Shown: positions 35,486 through 54,048 of the stretch, piece by piece | Position numbering within the stretch: position 1 is the stretch's first letter | Layout: every line of letters starts with the position of its first letter | Assembly: GCA_024679065.1 (NCBI GenBank) | Contig: JAGIQG010000020.1 | Span: forward strand, 8,990,001 to 9,054,000 | Length of the DNA: 64,000 nt | DNA from: Sphyrna mokarran | Lineage: Eukaryota | Reading direction: 5' to 3' | The notes under the pieces: model-generated | Told to the model about the DNA's origin: nothing | The model's database searches: none | What the model saw: the letters and a program-made list of their open reading frames with translations, nothing else | Made by a program: the position numbers and the translations under genes

Positions 35486-37257
35486 CACAAGACTTTGTAC
35501 CCTGAAGGATGCAGAGAGAACTAGATTCTACATTGAAAATATTTCTTGGCCAAGGTTTTCCTAAACTCAGTAGTATCTATTTTCAGTTAAGTATCTAGTT
35601 TAAGTTGATGTTGAGTTAAAGTTCAGTAAAGAGTTAATGAGCAACTGTTTGAGTTGATGCCAGAAGTGTTAAATAAAGAAATAAAATTACTGTCCTTGTC
35701 TCATTAAACTGGAACATTTGGAAGGTATTTAACTTATATCTGCATTACACAGTACTTGACAGGCTTTTCACTTCGGCTGAACAACGGTTCAATTAGTTCC
35801 CTTCCATGAACTCTTTTGCACTCAGATGAATTGGTTCTAACACTAAGTTCCCTTTCAATTCCATTTACTTCCACATGGGTCCCAGCTATGCATTTTTCTC
35901 TTTTCAAAACTGGCTGGTTTTTGAAATCAGGTTTTACTTTATTTCACCAAATCGCCTAGCAACCAGCACTTCCCGAGCTGACTTTCAATTGACAGCACTA
36001 TTTCCAACTCCACTGGGAAACAAGTGAATGCTTTACTCTGCATTCCCCACTGTGGGTATATTTACCACAGCCATAAGGTGCTTGTGTTTCCTCTGGCCAA
36101 TTCTCAGTTCACTTTGTGATTCTGCTCAGAATAACTCCAGGACCTCTGCTAACAAGCACAAAATACAGATTTGCAAGCTAACGTATCAAGTCACCAGATA
36201 TCAAATATTACATCTTACCCAGACATGATCCACCAAAAGAATATTCCAGTTCTCAACTCTCCCAAAGGGGCATCTAATCTTCAACAAATTTCAGAGGAGT
36301 GGTATGGTGAATTACAGACACCAAAATTAACTATTTTGAGGAGACAAAAAGCCTCCTGGTAAACATCTCTATACCTTCTCTACTGCAATTACATCCTTCC
36401 TGTAATGTGGACCAGAACTGTATAGTCAATTTCAGACCTAAGTTGATATAATTCCAACAAAATCTTCCTGCTCTTATATTTCATTACTCAGTAAATAGAA
36501 GAATTCTATGTGCCTTCTTAATCATCTTACCAAGCCATCTTGCTAACTTCAGAAATGTAGACATTCACTTCTTCCGCATCAGCAGCCTCCCCTTTATCAT
36601 GCAAACCTTTTGCCTTGTTTGACCTGCCCAAATGCATCACCTTACACTTCTCTGGGTTAAATTCCAATTGCTACTTTTGTGCCCCCCTGACCAGTTCAGT
36701 GATATATTCCTGCAGTCCCCAGGCACCATCCTATCCACTGCACAGTCAATTTTGGTGTTGCTTGCAAACTGCCTGATCATTCCCCGACATTTAAATCTAA
36801 AACATATCACAAAAAAAAAGGGGGGGGGGGAAAGAGGCCAAGCACTGAGCGCTGTAGAATCCTCACTGAGTAACAGCCTTCCAGTCACAAATAATATCCA
36901 TTAACAATAACGCTGTGACCCCTGCTACTGTGTAATTTTGTGTTAGAGAGTGAGAGGCAATACATCTTGATAGCCAATGTTAAAGAGGATGGAACAATGG
37001 ATGTCTCGAGGCTGTTGGCAACAAATCTCTGAAGATGACCAGACAGGTTAACAAGGTACTTAATAAATCAAATGGAATCACTAGGCTTTATAAATAAGAG
37101 TACAATATCCAGGGAATTGTGCTAAATCCATACAAGACACAAGATCTGTGCCAGTTGGATTAGTGTCTCCAATTCTGGGCAATGAGAGGGAAAAAACGGT
37201 AAACTATTAAACACAAATAATCGTGAGCATACAAACTCATTTCTGTAGATAAAATGT

Positions 37258-37285
37258 TTTATTTGGGTTAGGCTCTTCATTTATT
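37258..37285 (-). terminator. RPLP0: RPLP0 polyadenylation signals (two AATAAA)
   Basis: TTTATT on + at 37280-37285 and 37258-37263, 15-40 nt after the stop. Confidence 0.85.
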
Positions 37286-37299
37286 CACAACAGCTGGTT

Positions 37300-43262
<5,963 letters not shown>

Positions 43263-46200
43263 CTTTAAGTGCTTCCAAGGATTGCCACAAACTGGTTTAA
43301 AGACAAGATTTTACTGCAGGACAATGAGGGAAAAATACAATGAGGCAAGGAACAACAAGACAACAAAAATGCGAAGCAAAAATAAAAGCAAAATACTGTG
43401 AATGCTGGAATCTGAAATGAAAACAGAAAATGCTGGATAATCTCAGCAGGTCTGACAGCATCTGTGGGGACAGGATACTTGTGGAGATTTTCCAAAACAA
43501 AGCAATAAGGTACCACCCATTTTCAGGTATAAAGTTTTAAATTTATTTATAAGTATCGCAAGCAGGCTTATATTTTACTGCAAATATTATGAAGATCCCC
43601 CAGTCATCACACTTCAGCACCTGTTCATGTACACTGAGGGAGAATTTAGCAATGTACCTAACCTGCTTTTCTCAGGCCGTGAGTTGATACCGGAGCACTC
43701 TCAGACTACGCACAGATAGTGCTAGGAATTGAACCTGGGTCTTTGTCACTGTAAGGCAGCAGTGCTAACCACTATGCCACCATGCATGTAAAAGCTACAA
43801 TCCCTTCAATAGCAGCAATTAACATGTATGCCAAGTCAAATTAGCCAAGATATGAAACCCTGTCTAAAACCAAACTCTTCTGGAAAGTACAAGAGAGTGG
43901 AAAGACGGAACCAGATTGGGTTGAAGTGCTCCCTTCTGTAGCTTTAACAGCTTGTCAATATTCATAACTTGCCAGTGAACTACCCACATTCATATCCTTT
44001 ATACCCCAACATTAGTCATCTTCAGGCAATCGGACCAAATTCCCAAGATTGTTTTCAGCAGATTTATCTAGTGAGCCATTAAAGTCAGAAGGTACCACTT
44101 GTCATTCCTACACCATCCAGTTAGCTGGACACAGCCAAAACTCATTAAATCAAAATAAAAACAATCACCTGTATTTACTTAGCACCTTTTATAACTTCAG
44201 CACATCCTAAAGCACTTTACAGCCACGGAAGCATACTCAAGATGCAATCACCGTGATGTCAGAAAACACCAGCTAACGTGTACACCACAAACTCTCTCAA
44301 TGAGTCAAAGGACAATCAGTTGGTTGGGCATAAATATTGGCACAAAAACCCATCTGATCTTCCTCAATTATTGACATGGGATGTTCCCATCCATTTGATA
44401 GGACAAATGAAGGCCCGGAATTTTAAAATCAATACTATTCAGAAACACGACGAGATCATACTGAGAAATAAGATTCCAGGGTAAGTGGAGTTGACAGCAT
44501 TTATAGAAGATATTTTCCCTTTGTGAGAGGATCTAGACCCACGATGCACTGGATTCCCCATTTGAGATCAAGGCAAGGAAAAATTTCTACTGGGCACGAT
44601 TAATCTTCGGAACTCTCGATCCCAAAAGGCAGTGGAGCTCCCAAGTTGAAAATATTCAAGGCTGAGAATATAAGCTACACGGGAATCAAGTGTTATTTGG
44701 GGTCAGAGGGAGGGGAAAATCAGGTAGTAAAGTGGAGCACTAATCAAATCAGTCACGATTTTATTGAATGGTAGAACTGGCACAAAGAGGAAAATGGCCT
44801 CTTCCTGTTACTATTTTGTGTGATTCTCAAAATAGGTGCTCCAGTCTGAGGGGACTTGAACCCACGACTCACTGATTTAAAAAGAAAGTGCTACTGCTGC
44901 ACCATTGATTGAATCAGGTAGATTCTCTGCTAGCAAACTCTGCCAAAAGCTTAAGTGAGCAGCTTATACATATTTTCCCTCCACTATTTGTCATAGTACA
45001 TTATGAAGAAATCCCTAGCCTGTGTCCACCTTCAATCCAATCCAAAGTTGTAAAAAGATTTCTGAATTCCAGGCCAAGTTTGCAGCCTAGCAGGCAGACG
45101 ACAGTATTTCTGGCTGGAAGCTTTACCGCACCAGTGATCCACAAACATTTTTCCTACCTCCTTGCTAGAACCAAGACTCAAGTCTAACTGCAAAAAGCAG
45201 TAGTCAAACTAAATTTTTTCATATCTAAACACTGAAAGTCTTTTGATATCAAGGCATTAGGAAGGATGCAAAACTTTGGTCACATAGAAAGATTGGAGAA
45301 GTTGAGATTGTTATCTTTGCAGAAAGGAAGGTTGAGAAGAAATGTGATGAAGGGAGTCAAAATCATGAAGGGTTTGAACAGTATAGATAGAAATAAACTG
45401 TTCATGTTTGTAAAAGTATCAAGGACCAGAGAGCAGAATCAAAGTAAATGGCAGAAGAAGCAATGGCACAAAGTGAGGAATAAGCCTTTCGTGCAGTGGT
45501 TAGGATCTAGAATGTACTGGCTGAGAGTATGGCGAAGGCAGATTTAATTGAGGCTTTTAAAAAATACTTGGATCATAATCATGAAAAAAAGAAAATTGCA
45601 GAAAAGCTAGAGGAATGCTACCAATACATTACTTCTTCAGAGAGACAACACAACACAATGGACCAAATGGCCTACTTCTGTGCTGTGCACAACAGGACAA
45701 TAATTTGATGCATGGACGCAGAGAGGCAAGTTCATATTTAAGAGTAGACCTGCAACCAAAAAAGAACTACTCTACTGAAACTGATGGGAAGCAAATAAAA
45801 AATTTAAACTCTAGACAGGTTTGGGGAAAGGGATTAAATGAATACATCTTGCAGTGTTGCCACAGGTACAATAGCCCCAATCCACATTGTCAACTTGGTT
45901 TAGTGGTGGAATCAAGTCAGATGATGATAACAAAGAAGCAGTCCTGAATGTCAGGCACATAATCCTGACACGTGTAGAATTGATGGCAATGCTGCATTTC
46001 GTTTCATTTGACACATCAAACCGTGACCCAGTCTAACCTTTCAAATGAAAGGAGCAGGGGATTACTCTACAGCCTCCTGTCAATATCTACCCTATATTCA
46101 GAATTATCAGATTGCACATAATCCCAATTCCTACTACCCTTTATTTAGAGGAAGTGCTTGATTTGACTTATTGTCAAATGTATTAACATGTAGTGAAAAA

Positions 46201-46719
46201 AATTTTGTTTCTTATGCACTATACAGACAAAACATACCATTCACAGAGAAGGAAATGAGAGTGCAGAGTGTAGTTTTACAGTCATAGCTAGGATGTAGAG
46301 AAAGATCAACTTAAGGCAAGTCCATTCAAAGGTTTGACAGCAGTAGAGAAGTAACTGTTCTTGAATCAGTAATAAAGTATAGACTTCATTACTATACTGC
46401 TTGGCTTAACTTGAAAATTATGCCTCACTCTGGAATTCACTACGGGATGAAATAATTTTAATTTACCCTTTCAAATGATCTTAAGAGTTAAAGTTAAATC
46501 ATTGCTCAATCTGACAATTGTACAACGTGCCTTAGTAACGTAATTTGCTAAAAGCATTCCATTACAATAGGGATTACATTTTAAAAGGAGGCAGCAAAAA
46601 AAAAAGACGTTGAAAAATCAGGAGTTGTGAGCATGCATATTCTTTATTCCTGACTCAGAAATGAAGTAGTGCTTTGGAAATAATTTCAGGACGATCAGCA
46701 GTGAATGAGGGTGAAAGAA

Positions 46720-47430
46720 CCGGGCTTAATAAAGCAGCATGGCCCTGCCGCTCAGCGGGTTAGAGCCCAGGAGGCTGGTCTCAACTTGGGCCGTTGAGAG
46801 GCACCGGGACCGCCAACGTGGGGTGGGGGGGTTTGGAGTGCTGTGGCCTGAAGTAACAGGAACTGGGACACGTGTCCGGCAGCGGGTGAACGCTGTCGCG
46901 ATGCAGCATCGCCGAGGGTGCGAACCGAGGCCTCTGGAGCCTAACCGCGAGGCCACACTAGGGCAGCTCGGGTCCGCTCCCAGGGCCGGGGCTCCTCGGG
47001 GTTGCTCTCCCCACCCCCGCCCGGGATCCGGGACCCGGGACGCCCTCTGCCTCCCCCTGGCTCAGAGCCCCTCTCCTCACTTCCCCGGCCAAGGGCCACT
47101 CTCAATCTCTCGCACTCACCTCGAGCTCCGGAAAGAAAGAGAGAGGCGCGGCCCGCGACGTCCCATTAGCCACGGCGCCGCCGCCAACTGACCAATCACC
47201 GCACACATTGCGGTGAGGATTAACCAATCACACAGCGCGGAGTATGGAGCCGACCAATCGACAAAAGATTTTTTTGGAAGGGACAGCCAATCTCAGAGCG
47301 GACCGCATCACAATGGACCAATCAGACAGCGGAGAAGGCTGACACTAGGACAGGCTCCGTCCAATCAAATGCCGCAGGTGCTTCCTCCCAATGAGAGGGA
47401 AGGAGCGAAAGGTCGACCAATTGGAGGAGG
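46720..47430 (-). promoter_or_regulatory. RPLP0: RPLP0 CpG island promoter with eight CCAAT boxes
   Basis: GC/CpG-rich; CCAAT at 47192, 47224, 47254, 47287, 47318, 47361, 47388, 47417. Confidence 0.85.
47120..47146 (-). promoter_or_regulatory. RPLP0: RPLP0 non-coding exon 1 with 5' terminal oligopyrimidine (TOP/TCT) start
   Basis: Minus strand CCTCTCTCTTTCTTTCCGGAGCTCGAG|GTGAGT inside a CpG-rich island. Confidence 0.85.
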
Positions 47431-48714
47431 TTCCACTTTGAGTACAGAGGTGTTTGAGAGACAATGAATGGTTGGTTTCTCACCTTCCAGACAGTAAATA
47501 TATGTGACAATAATAAATCAAATCAAATCCATTGGGCATTCAACAAAGAAGCTGCAACAAGGACATTTTATCTTCTGGAGTTTCAAGCTGCTACATTTTA
47601 GGGTAAGGGATGGGAGATAAATTAATAAGGTCTGAGAAAAAATAATTTCACTGAGAAGGTAATGGAGACCAAAACCTTACAACCTTTAAAAAGTATTTGG
47701 GTAAGCACTTGAAACATCATAACATTCAAGGATATGGGACAAGTGCTGGAAAATGGGATTAGCAATTAGCACAATTTTCGTTGGTAGTTATTGCTTGTAC
47801 AGACTCGATGGGCTAAAGGGCCTTTTCTGTGATGCATGATTCTAAGTTAGTGGAGTGAACAAGTTATACAACTTGCAGAATGTGCTGCTCAATTTGTACA
47901 AGAAATTTCAAAAATAGACTGCATTCTAAGCAGCAGATGTATCGCAGGTTGAATTTGAACAGTGCAGGCTGCATGGTGCAACCAAGAAACATAGCGCATT
48001 CATTTCGAACTGGCAGTGAAAGATGAACATAGTCTGCATCTGGCAGGAATCTCTATAAGGGTCTGATAAAGAGAATTTCCTCAAAACAGTTTTTCTTAGA
48101 TTAAGCTTTGATGTTTGACACATTTGACACAAACTCAGCATAGTCAGAGTGTTTGCAGAAATGCACAAAAATGATTGCGTATGGGGACAACTTGATCTTT
48201 CACAGCATGCAGTACGAGTGGACAGAAAGATTGCACTGACACAAAAACTTACTGGAAGACAAAATTGCAAAGAGCAGGAAATGTTTGGAATGGTTTTGTT
48301 ATAGAGCAACAGCAAGATTAGCACCATTAACTGTCAGCAGGTTCTTAACAGACTTGGTCATAATTTAAAAAATTGAATGTTTACAACCATGTCATTGAAA
48401 AGCTCTCATTCAGTTTCTGAAATCCAATTCAAGTATACATCTCTGATCAGAAGTCAGGAGGTCCCCACGCCCACCCTACTAACCACATAACCCCTCCCAC
48501 CAACCAACACCTTCTCCGATCGTCTAACACCCGCTCCCTAATCCTAACCCTTCCCCTAATGATCACCCAACTCTGCCCACACTGATCATCTGGTAACACC
48601 CACCAATCTTCCAAAATATCCAACTCCCACAGACCACCTCTCTCACTAACCATGCATCCATTCCCCCCGCAGCCCCGCCTCCCGCCATTACTCCTGAACC
48701 CATTCCACTCCTAT

Positions 48715-49100
48715 CCACTTACCTCCTCAACTGCTTCACTGGGCAGGGAATTCCACAGATTCACAACCCTTTGTGGAAGAAGTTCCTCCTCAACTCAGTC
48801 CTAAATCTGCTTCCTCTCATTTTGAGGCTATGCCCCCTAGTCCCAGTTTCACCTGCCAGTGGAAACAACTTCCCTGCCTCTATCTTATATATTCCTTTCA
48901 TATTCTTATATGTATCAATACGATCTTCCCTCATTCTTCTGAATTCCAAAGAGTATAGCCCCAGTCTACTCAGTCTCTCTTCATAAGCCAACACTTTCAA
49001 CTCCAGAATCAACCTAGTGAATCTCCTCTGCACCCCCTCCAGTACCAGTATATCCTTTCTCAAATAAGGAAATAAAGACTGTACACACTATTCCAAGTGT
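48715..49100 (-). mobile_element. CR1 ORF2 fragment
   Basis: VQRRFTRLI...YEERLSRLGLYSLE. Confidence 0.8.
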
Positions 49101-49929
49101 ACACACTATTCCAAGTGGAATGCTCCAAGTAGTTGGACTGTGCTATATCACCTGCCTCTCATGAAAAAAATTATGTGGAACAGCACCTTTGAACACAAGT
49201 CCATCAGGCAGTTGTCATCCAAATGAAAACTTAAACCTTTTTCCCACGGATTTTCCCCGTGTGCGACAAACCAAAGGACAAAGAGTCGACTCAAATTTCA
49301 TTTTTCTCTTGATTCAATAATTCCCAACATTAGTTGCAACATTTATTTTAACTCCTTTGACTTCAACTTTCTAATTCATTTAGCTTTAACCCTTTTAACT
49401 CAACTTCTTTTGATTGAAAATTAATACTACCTCTGAGCAAACTGGCCAGGCTCGCTCTTTGATATGAATCTCCCTCATGATTTTTCAATTTCTTCTCTAA
49501 AGGTGTTTTCCAGGGCATACATTGCAAATATGATTCTCGAGTTTCCACTGAAGATAAAGACCCAAAGCACATCTTGAACTTTGCATGTTTTCCAGAAGGC
49601 TTTCTGTCACTCAGCCTATGATACCACTGAAAACTGATCAATGTTGGATTATATCATTGGAATTACTGGTAAACAACTCAATGTTTATATCAAGCTGCAT
49701 GTTAAATTACATAGCGTTACCATATATAGAATTGATGGCTCCAGCAAGTTTAACATCAATCCAAATAATCATCTATATTTGATCAACACAGAAAATGACA
49801 GGTCACATCTCACAGGACAGGTCATGATAGGCTGCAGTCTTCCCTGACCTGCACTTATATTTAATACGTGACCAACATTCCCGGCTTCCTCGGCTTGTCA
49901 CTGTTGTGCTATTGGACACGCAGCCAGAA

Positions 49930-50365
49930 AGTGATGTACACGGAATGTCCAACCCAACACCATGGCCCAGGACTACACGTGACGAGTGTACTGAAGTTTG
50001 GGCAGCCATTGCAGAGGCACAATGGGGAAGGTCACTATCTAAGATCTTTTAGCCACAGTGAACTAAGGGGAGCAGAAGCCCTTGGGCTGAATGAATATTG
50101 TATACAGTGAATATTACCTGTACCTTAGTTGTACTGAAGCACCTTGGTGTGCAACTTGTTATATGTGAACAACTTTTAAATATCTTTGTACCATTTGTAA
50201 TGACCATTTTGAAATGCCTGTAATGTTTCTTTGACTATTGAAGCACCTCAGAGTGAAACTTGGTACTTATTTATTGCAGTGTGAGAGATAGCCATTTTAG
50301 ATTTTTTCTAATGTTCTTTCAAATAAATATGAATTTACACTATGAATAAAGTATATTTTGTTTTA
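49930..50365 (+). mobile_element. Probable Tx1/L1-type LINE 3' end
   Basis: QDY...VLKFG..AEAQWG-like terminal peptide followed by an AT-rich UTR with AATAAA. Confidence 0.45.
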
Positions 50366-50675
50366 CATTGCACTGTACTTAAGCAATGCAGCTACAACTC
50401 CCTTCAAAGCACAGTTTTGTTGGATTTGATCAGATTTCAAACCTCGAAACTTCAGCTGTTCTCCAGGGACTGAGTCTGTGCCAACATCTGGCAGGTGTGG
50501 TAGTGCACTTGGCAGAGACAGACAGGGGAGCTGCAAGACAATCTCCCCAGACTGCCAATTTCATAAGCATCAGACACTTGCTGCCCTGGGAAGAAAACAT
50601 GTGGGAAAATCTGCAATTTTAATGAACAATCTTGCAAAGAAACAGGACAGTTGGTCATTCTGGAGAGATCATATC

Positions 50676-50930
50676 GGGTGGCAAGGTGATTAGCACTGCT
50701 GCTCACAGTGCTAGGGACCCTGGTTCCATTCCAGCCTTGGGTGACTGTGTAGAATTTGTATGTTCTCCCTCTGTTTATATGGGTTTCTTCTGGGTTCTTT
50801 GATTTCCTCCACAGCCCAAAGATATGCAGGTTAGGTGGAGTGGCTATGGTAGAAGAAAAATGCCCCTTAGTGTCCCAAGGTGCATGAGTTTAGATGGATT
50901 AGCCATAGTAAAGGTGTGGGATAATAGGGA
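50676..50930 (+). mobile_element. V-SINE (HE1-like)
   Basis: tRNA head and V core. Confidence 0.75.
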
Positions 50931-52249
50931 TTTCCTCAAAATCGTTCAGATGTTCCAATTGTCAACTGTTCCCTTGTTGCGCAACACTGAAACCAATCAA
51001 ACTATCAAGTATAGACTGCAAAAGAATTTTGTGATCAGTCCTATCAACTAGATCTCAATGACAGCACTGACATCAAGGGCATAGCATACCTCCTGATTTT
51101 TTTTTAATCAGATGTGACAAATTTGAAATCACAGAGGATTTTTATCAATAGAGTCAATGAAAGGGATAGCGCAGCGATCGGATTTGTAAATGTGTATCTG
51201 GCTGCATTGAATGGCTGAAGCCTGGCTGCATCAAAATAGCAAAATATGACCACGGATGGATCACCAAATTTAACTGGGAAAACAATTGGTTAGCAAAACA
51301 GCAAGGCTTACATGCTGGTATGTGTGTTACTTGTTCTCCAGCCTCCAGATTATGTCTGGAGTGAGATACCTATTTACTAGCATGTCCCAAATACAGTCTT
51401 CAGAAAGAAAGAAAGTAAGAAGCCTAAGTTGACAACTGCCTACTCATCTCTGTCAGTGTAGCTCTGCCCATTCACATGACTTCTTGTCAATCAACCTAAT
51501 TAAACCCCACTCAAACGCCAGAGCACAACCTAAAAAAAAATAACAAAACTGCATTAACTCAGATTAAGACAAACACCCCAGTAACCAGAAGCAATTATTT
51601 TTCTGCATTATCAGTAGGAGGGCTGCAGAGTGGACAAGGCAGCACAGTTTAACAGAGTTGAATCTTAACATCTCCTTGACAAGAAACAACACACAAAATA
51701 CGTGTCTTAAGGGCACAGTAACATTACACTCACTTCAACAGTACTGACAGGTACATTGAGTGTCCCATGGTGGTGGGAAATGCAATGGAAATACATCACT
51801 TCAACAAGTCCACGTGTTAGCAAGTTCCATATTCTGCCTAAACTTAGAACAAAGACATTTTCCTGAGTTATTAGACTTATTTAATATGTATTTATTTGAT
51901 GAAATCAAGACTCATCATATAGTCTCTAACTGAACATATTCTTGTAAACTCCTCTCTTCAATCCTTCCTTCCAATCTCTGCAGACTTAAAAATCAAGTTT
52001 GGTCTCAAGTCTGCATTGTAGGGATTCGCTGGTTCTAACTAATAACTTTGTCCAGATTTACTACATTTTCTTCTACTCTGATGTACAGACAATTGCTCCT
52101 TCATCTAGATTTCTAATTTTAAAAGTATGCAAGCCAACTGCACCAACAAGCCTCCAACCAGACAACTGCAAAAATAGATGTACTGGATTAATTTGATCCT
52201 TTAACAGATGAAAATAAATCCAACGAATTAAGTAAAGTGAAAAGCAACT

Positions 52250-52255
52250 TTTATT
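52250..52255 (-). terminator. PXN: Likely PXN polyadenylation signal (3'UTR about 1.5 kb)
   Basis: AATAAA on - followed by U-rich sequence, at the end of a repeat-free stretch after the stop. Confidence 0.5.
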
Positions 52256-53781
52256 GGCTAAAAACCATGAGATTATATGTGCAAGCCATGATTAAAGGAT
52301 GTACAAAGATGTAGTTAAACACAGGTAATTATCATTGATCACAGAGCAGGAATCTTGACTATTTCTCTCATTCTCAAGTGATTCCCTTTGGTTTAATGGC
52401 AGATTGAATCAATGCATTGTAAACACTGGTTTAATTAGGCTTCAGTTGAATGGATTGTGACCTACTAAATAGCACTACAATGCTTATAACATCTTCTGTT
52501 ACCATTGTTTTTATAAAATGAATCATTCATAAGATGAAAGACAAAATTATTACAACACATTTTCAGGGAAGACCCAAAAAAGCTCCGCAGCAGGAATTAA
52601 GACTTCTCATAAAAAGATAAATTATTGGCAAATTAGGCAATGGAGGAACTTGATAAAAATACAGCAGGCTCACAAATGCAAAATGTTCTGTTCATGATAT
52701 TAGGTTAGGACATGCCTCAAAGATTAAAACCATTTTTGTGCTATAAAAGTGAATAGGCGATGTCCTGTCTAACAGTCCTTTGGGTTTTCCATTTAAGAAT
52801 CAGTCATTAGTATTGTAAGAAAGCACAAAAATTACCAACTATACAATGAATCACCATCGCCTACACATCAGATGTGTGTTTTACAAAAGCAGTTGGCATG
52901 TTTTTAAAATCACAAAGCTCAGACATGAAAATTCAGAATTACGAGATCTTTTTGATAACTGAACCCAAGGATAAAAAGGTACAGTACTGTAAAGTTTCTA
53001 TCAAATACATCTACAGAAGGAGACTCCCCTGTGTGCGTACACAGGACAGTGCGATTGTGGCCATCGCTGAGAAATATTATTGCTTCAGTTACAATCAAAG
53101 GCATTACTGAAATCAAGGAGACACTGGTGTACAATGAAGTGAACTTTCTCAAAAGATACCTCTGCTTTCCAGCACCTTCATCCACATTTCATAGCTTCTT
53201 TCCAGTTTAACTGGGCTCATTTTGGGACTGTTCCGGTGTAGCTGGTTTTGCCAAGTTCTTCAGGCTTGTTCAATTACGGTTATGGTACTCAGTGTTTAGT
53301 TTATCTTTACGACACAAAACCACCTGCATGACATTTTATTGTGTTGCTGTCTTTGATGTCACGAAATTAGAACGGTTTGTGCAGTTCTTGAAAAGTAATC
53401 TAGTAAGAACTGCGCTGGATTGAGATAAACGGCCTTTCTTCATTGTGATTTACGTTCTATTGCCAATTATGGATTCCAGTCATTGGATCTGCTAACTCTT
53501 CAACCAGTCTATGACAAAAGGCTATTGGCTTGGCGTTCAACACCTTGGTTGGGGGAAGCAGGGTGGGGGGGGGGGCAGCATTATGGCACTATTACCACCT
53601 CATTCAGAGAACTTTCTTTTTCTCAGCCTCTGTAAAGGAAAGGTGATTTATGCGTAAAGTGTTTAGTTCAGTTCAAGATCTGTATTACCCCTAAGAGCTG
53701 GAGTTGGCTGTTCCATTGGCATGTGCGTAAGTGTGGAATTGCAGGAATGATTGAACTGAACAAGTGGTTGGTGGGATGGAT

Positions 53782-54048
53782 CTAACAGAAGAGCTTGACA
53801 AAGCAGTTGTGACAATAGGGTTTGTCATTCTGCTCCTTGAAGGTGCCCTTGTTGAGCTGTTTCAAGCAGAAAGCACAGACAAAATGCTCTGGGTGGAACT
53901 TCTTCCCCATGGCGGTGATACAGCGTCCTGTGATAGGCTTCTGGCATCCGGAGCAAAGTGAGTTGCGACGCTCGTGATAATGCATCTCACAGTATGGCTG
54001 CCCCTCATGTTCAAAAAAGCTGCCATTTATGAAGGGGGTGAAACATTC
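53782..54048 (-). CDS. PXN: PXN terminal coding exon (LIM3-LIM4)
   Basis: [88 protein letters not shown]. Confidence 0.96.
   Translation of the reverse strand, partial: ECFTPFINGSFFEHEGQPYCEMHYHERRNSLCSGCQKPITGRCITAMGKKFHPEHFVCAFCLKQLNKGTFKEQNDKPYCHNCFVKLFC

Noticed and set aside
43522-43612. Box C/D-like pair in RPLP0 intron 1
   Set aside because: Falls in a SINE tail; no terminal stem or recognisable guide; no convincing intronic snoRNA was found in RPLP0
46739-47191. 150-aa plus-strand ORF
   Set aside because: Stop-poor GC-rich CpG island of RPLP0; no domain similarity
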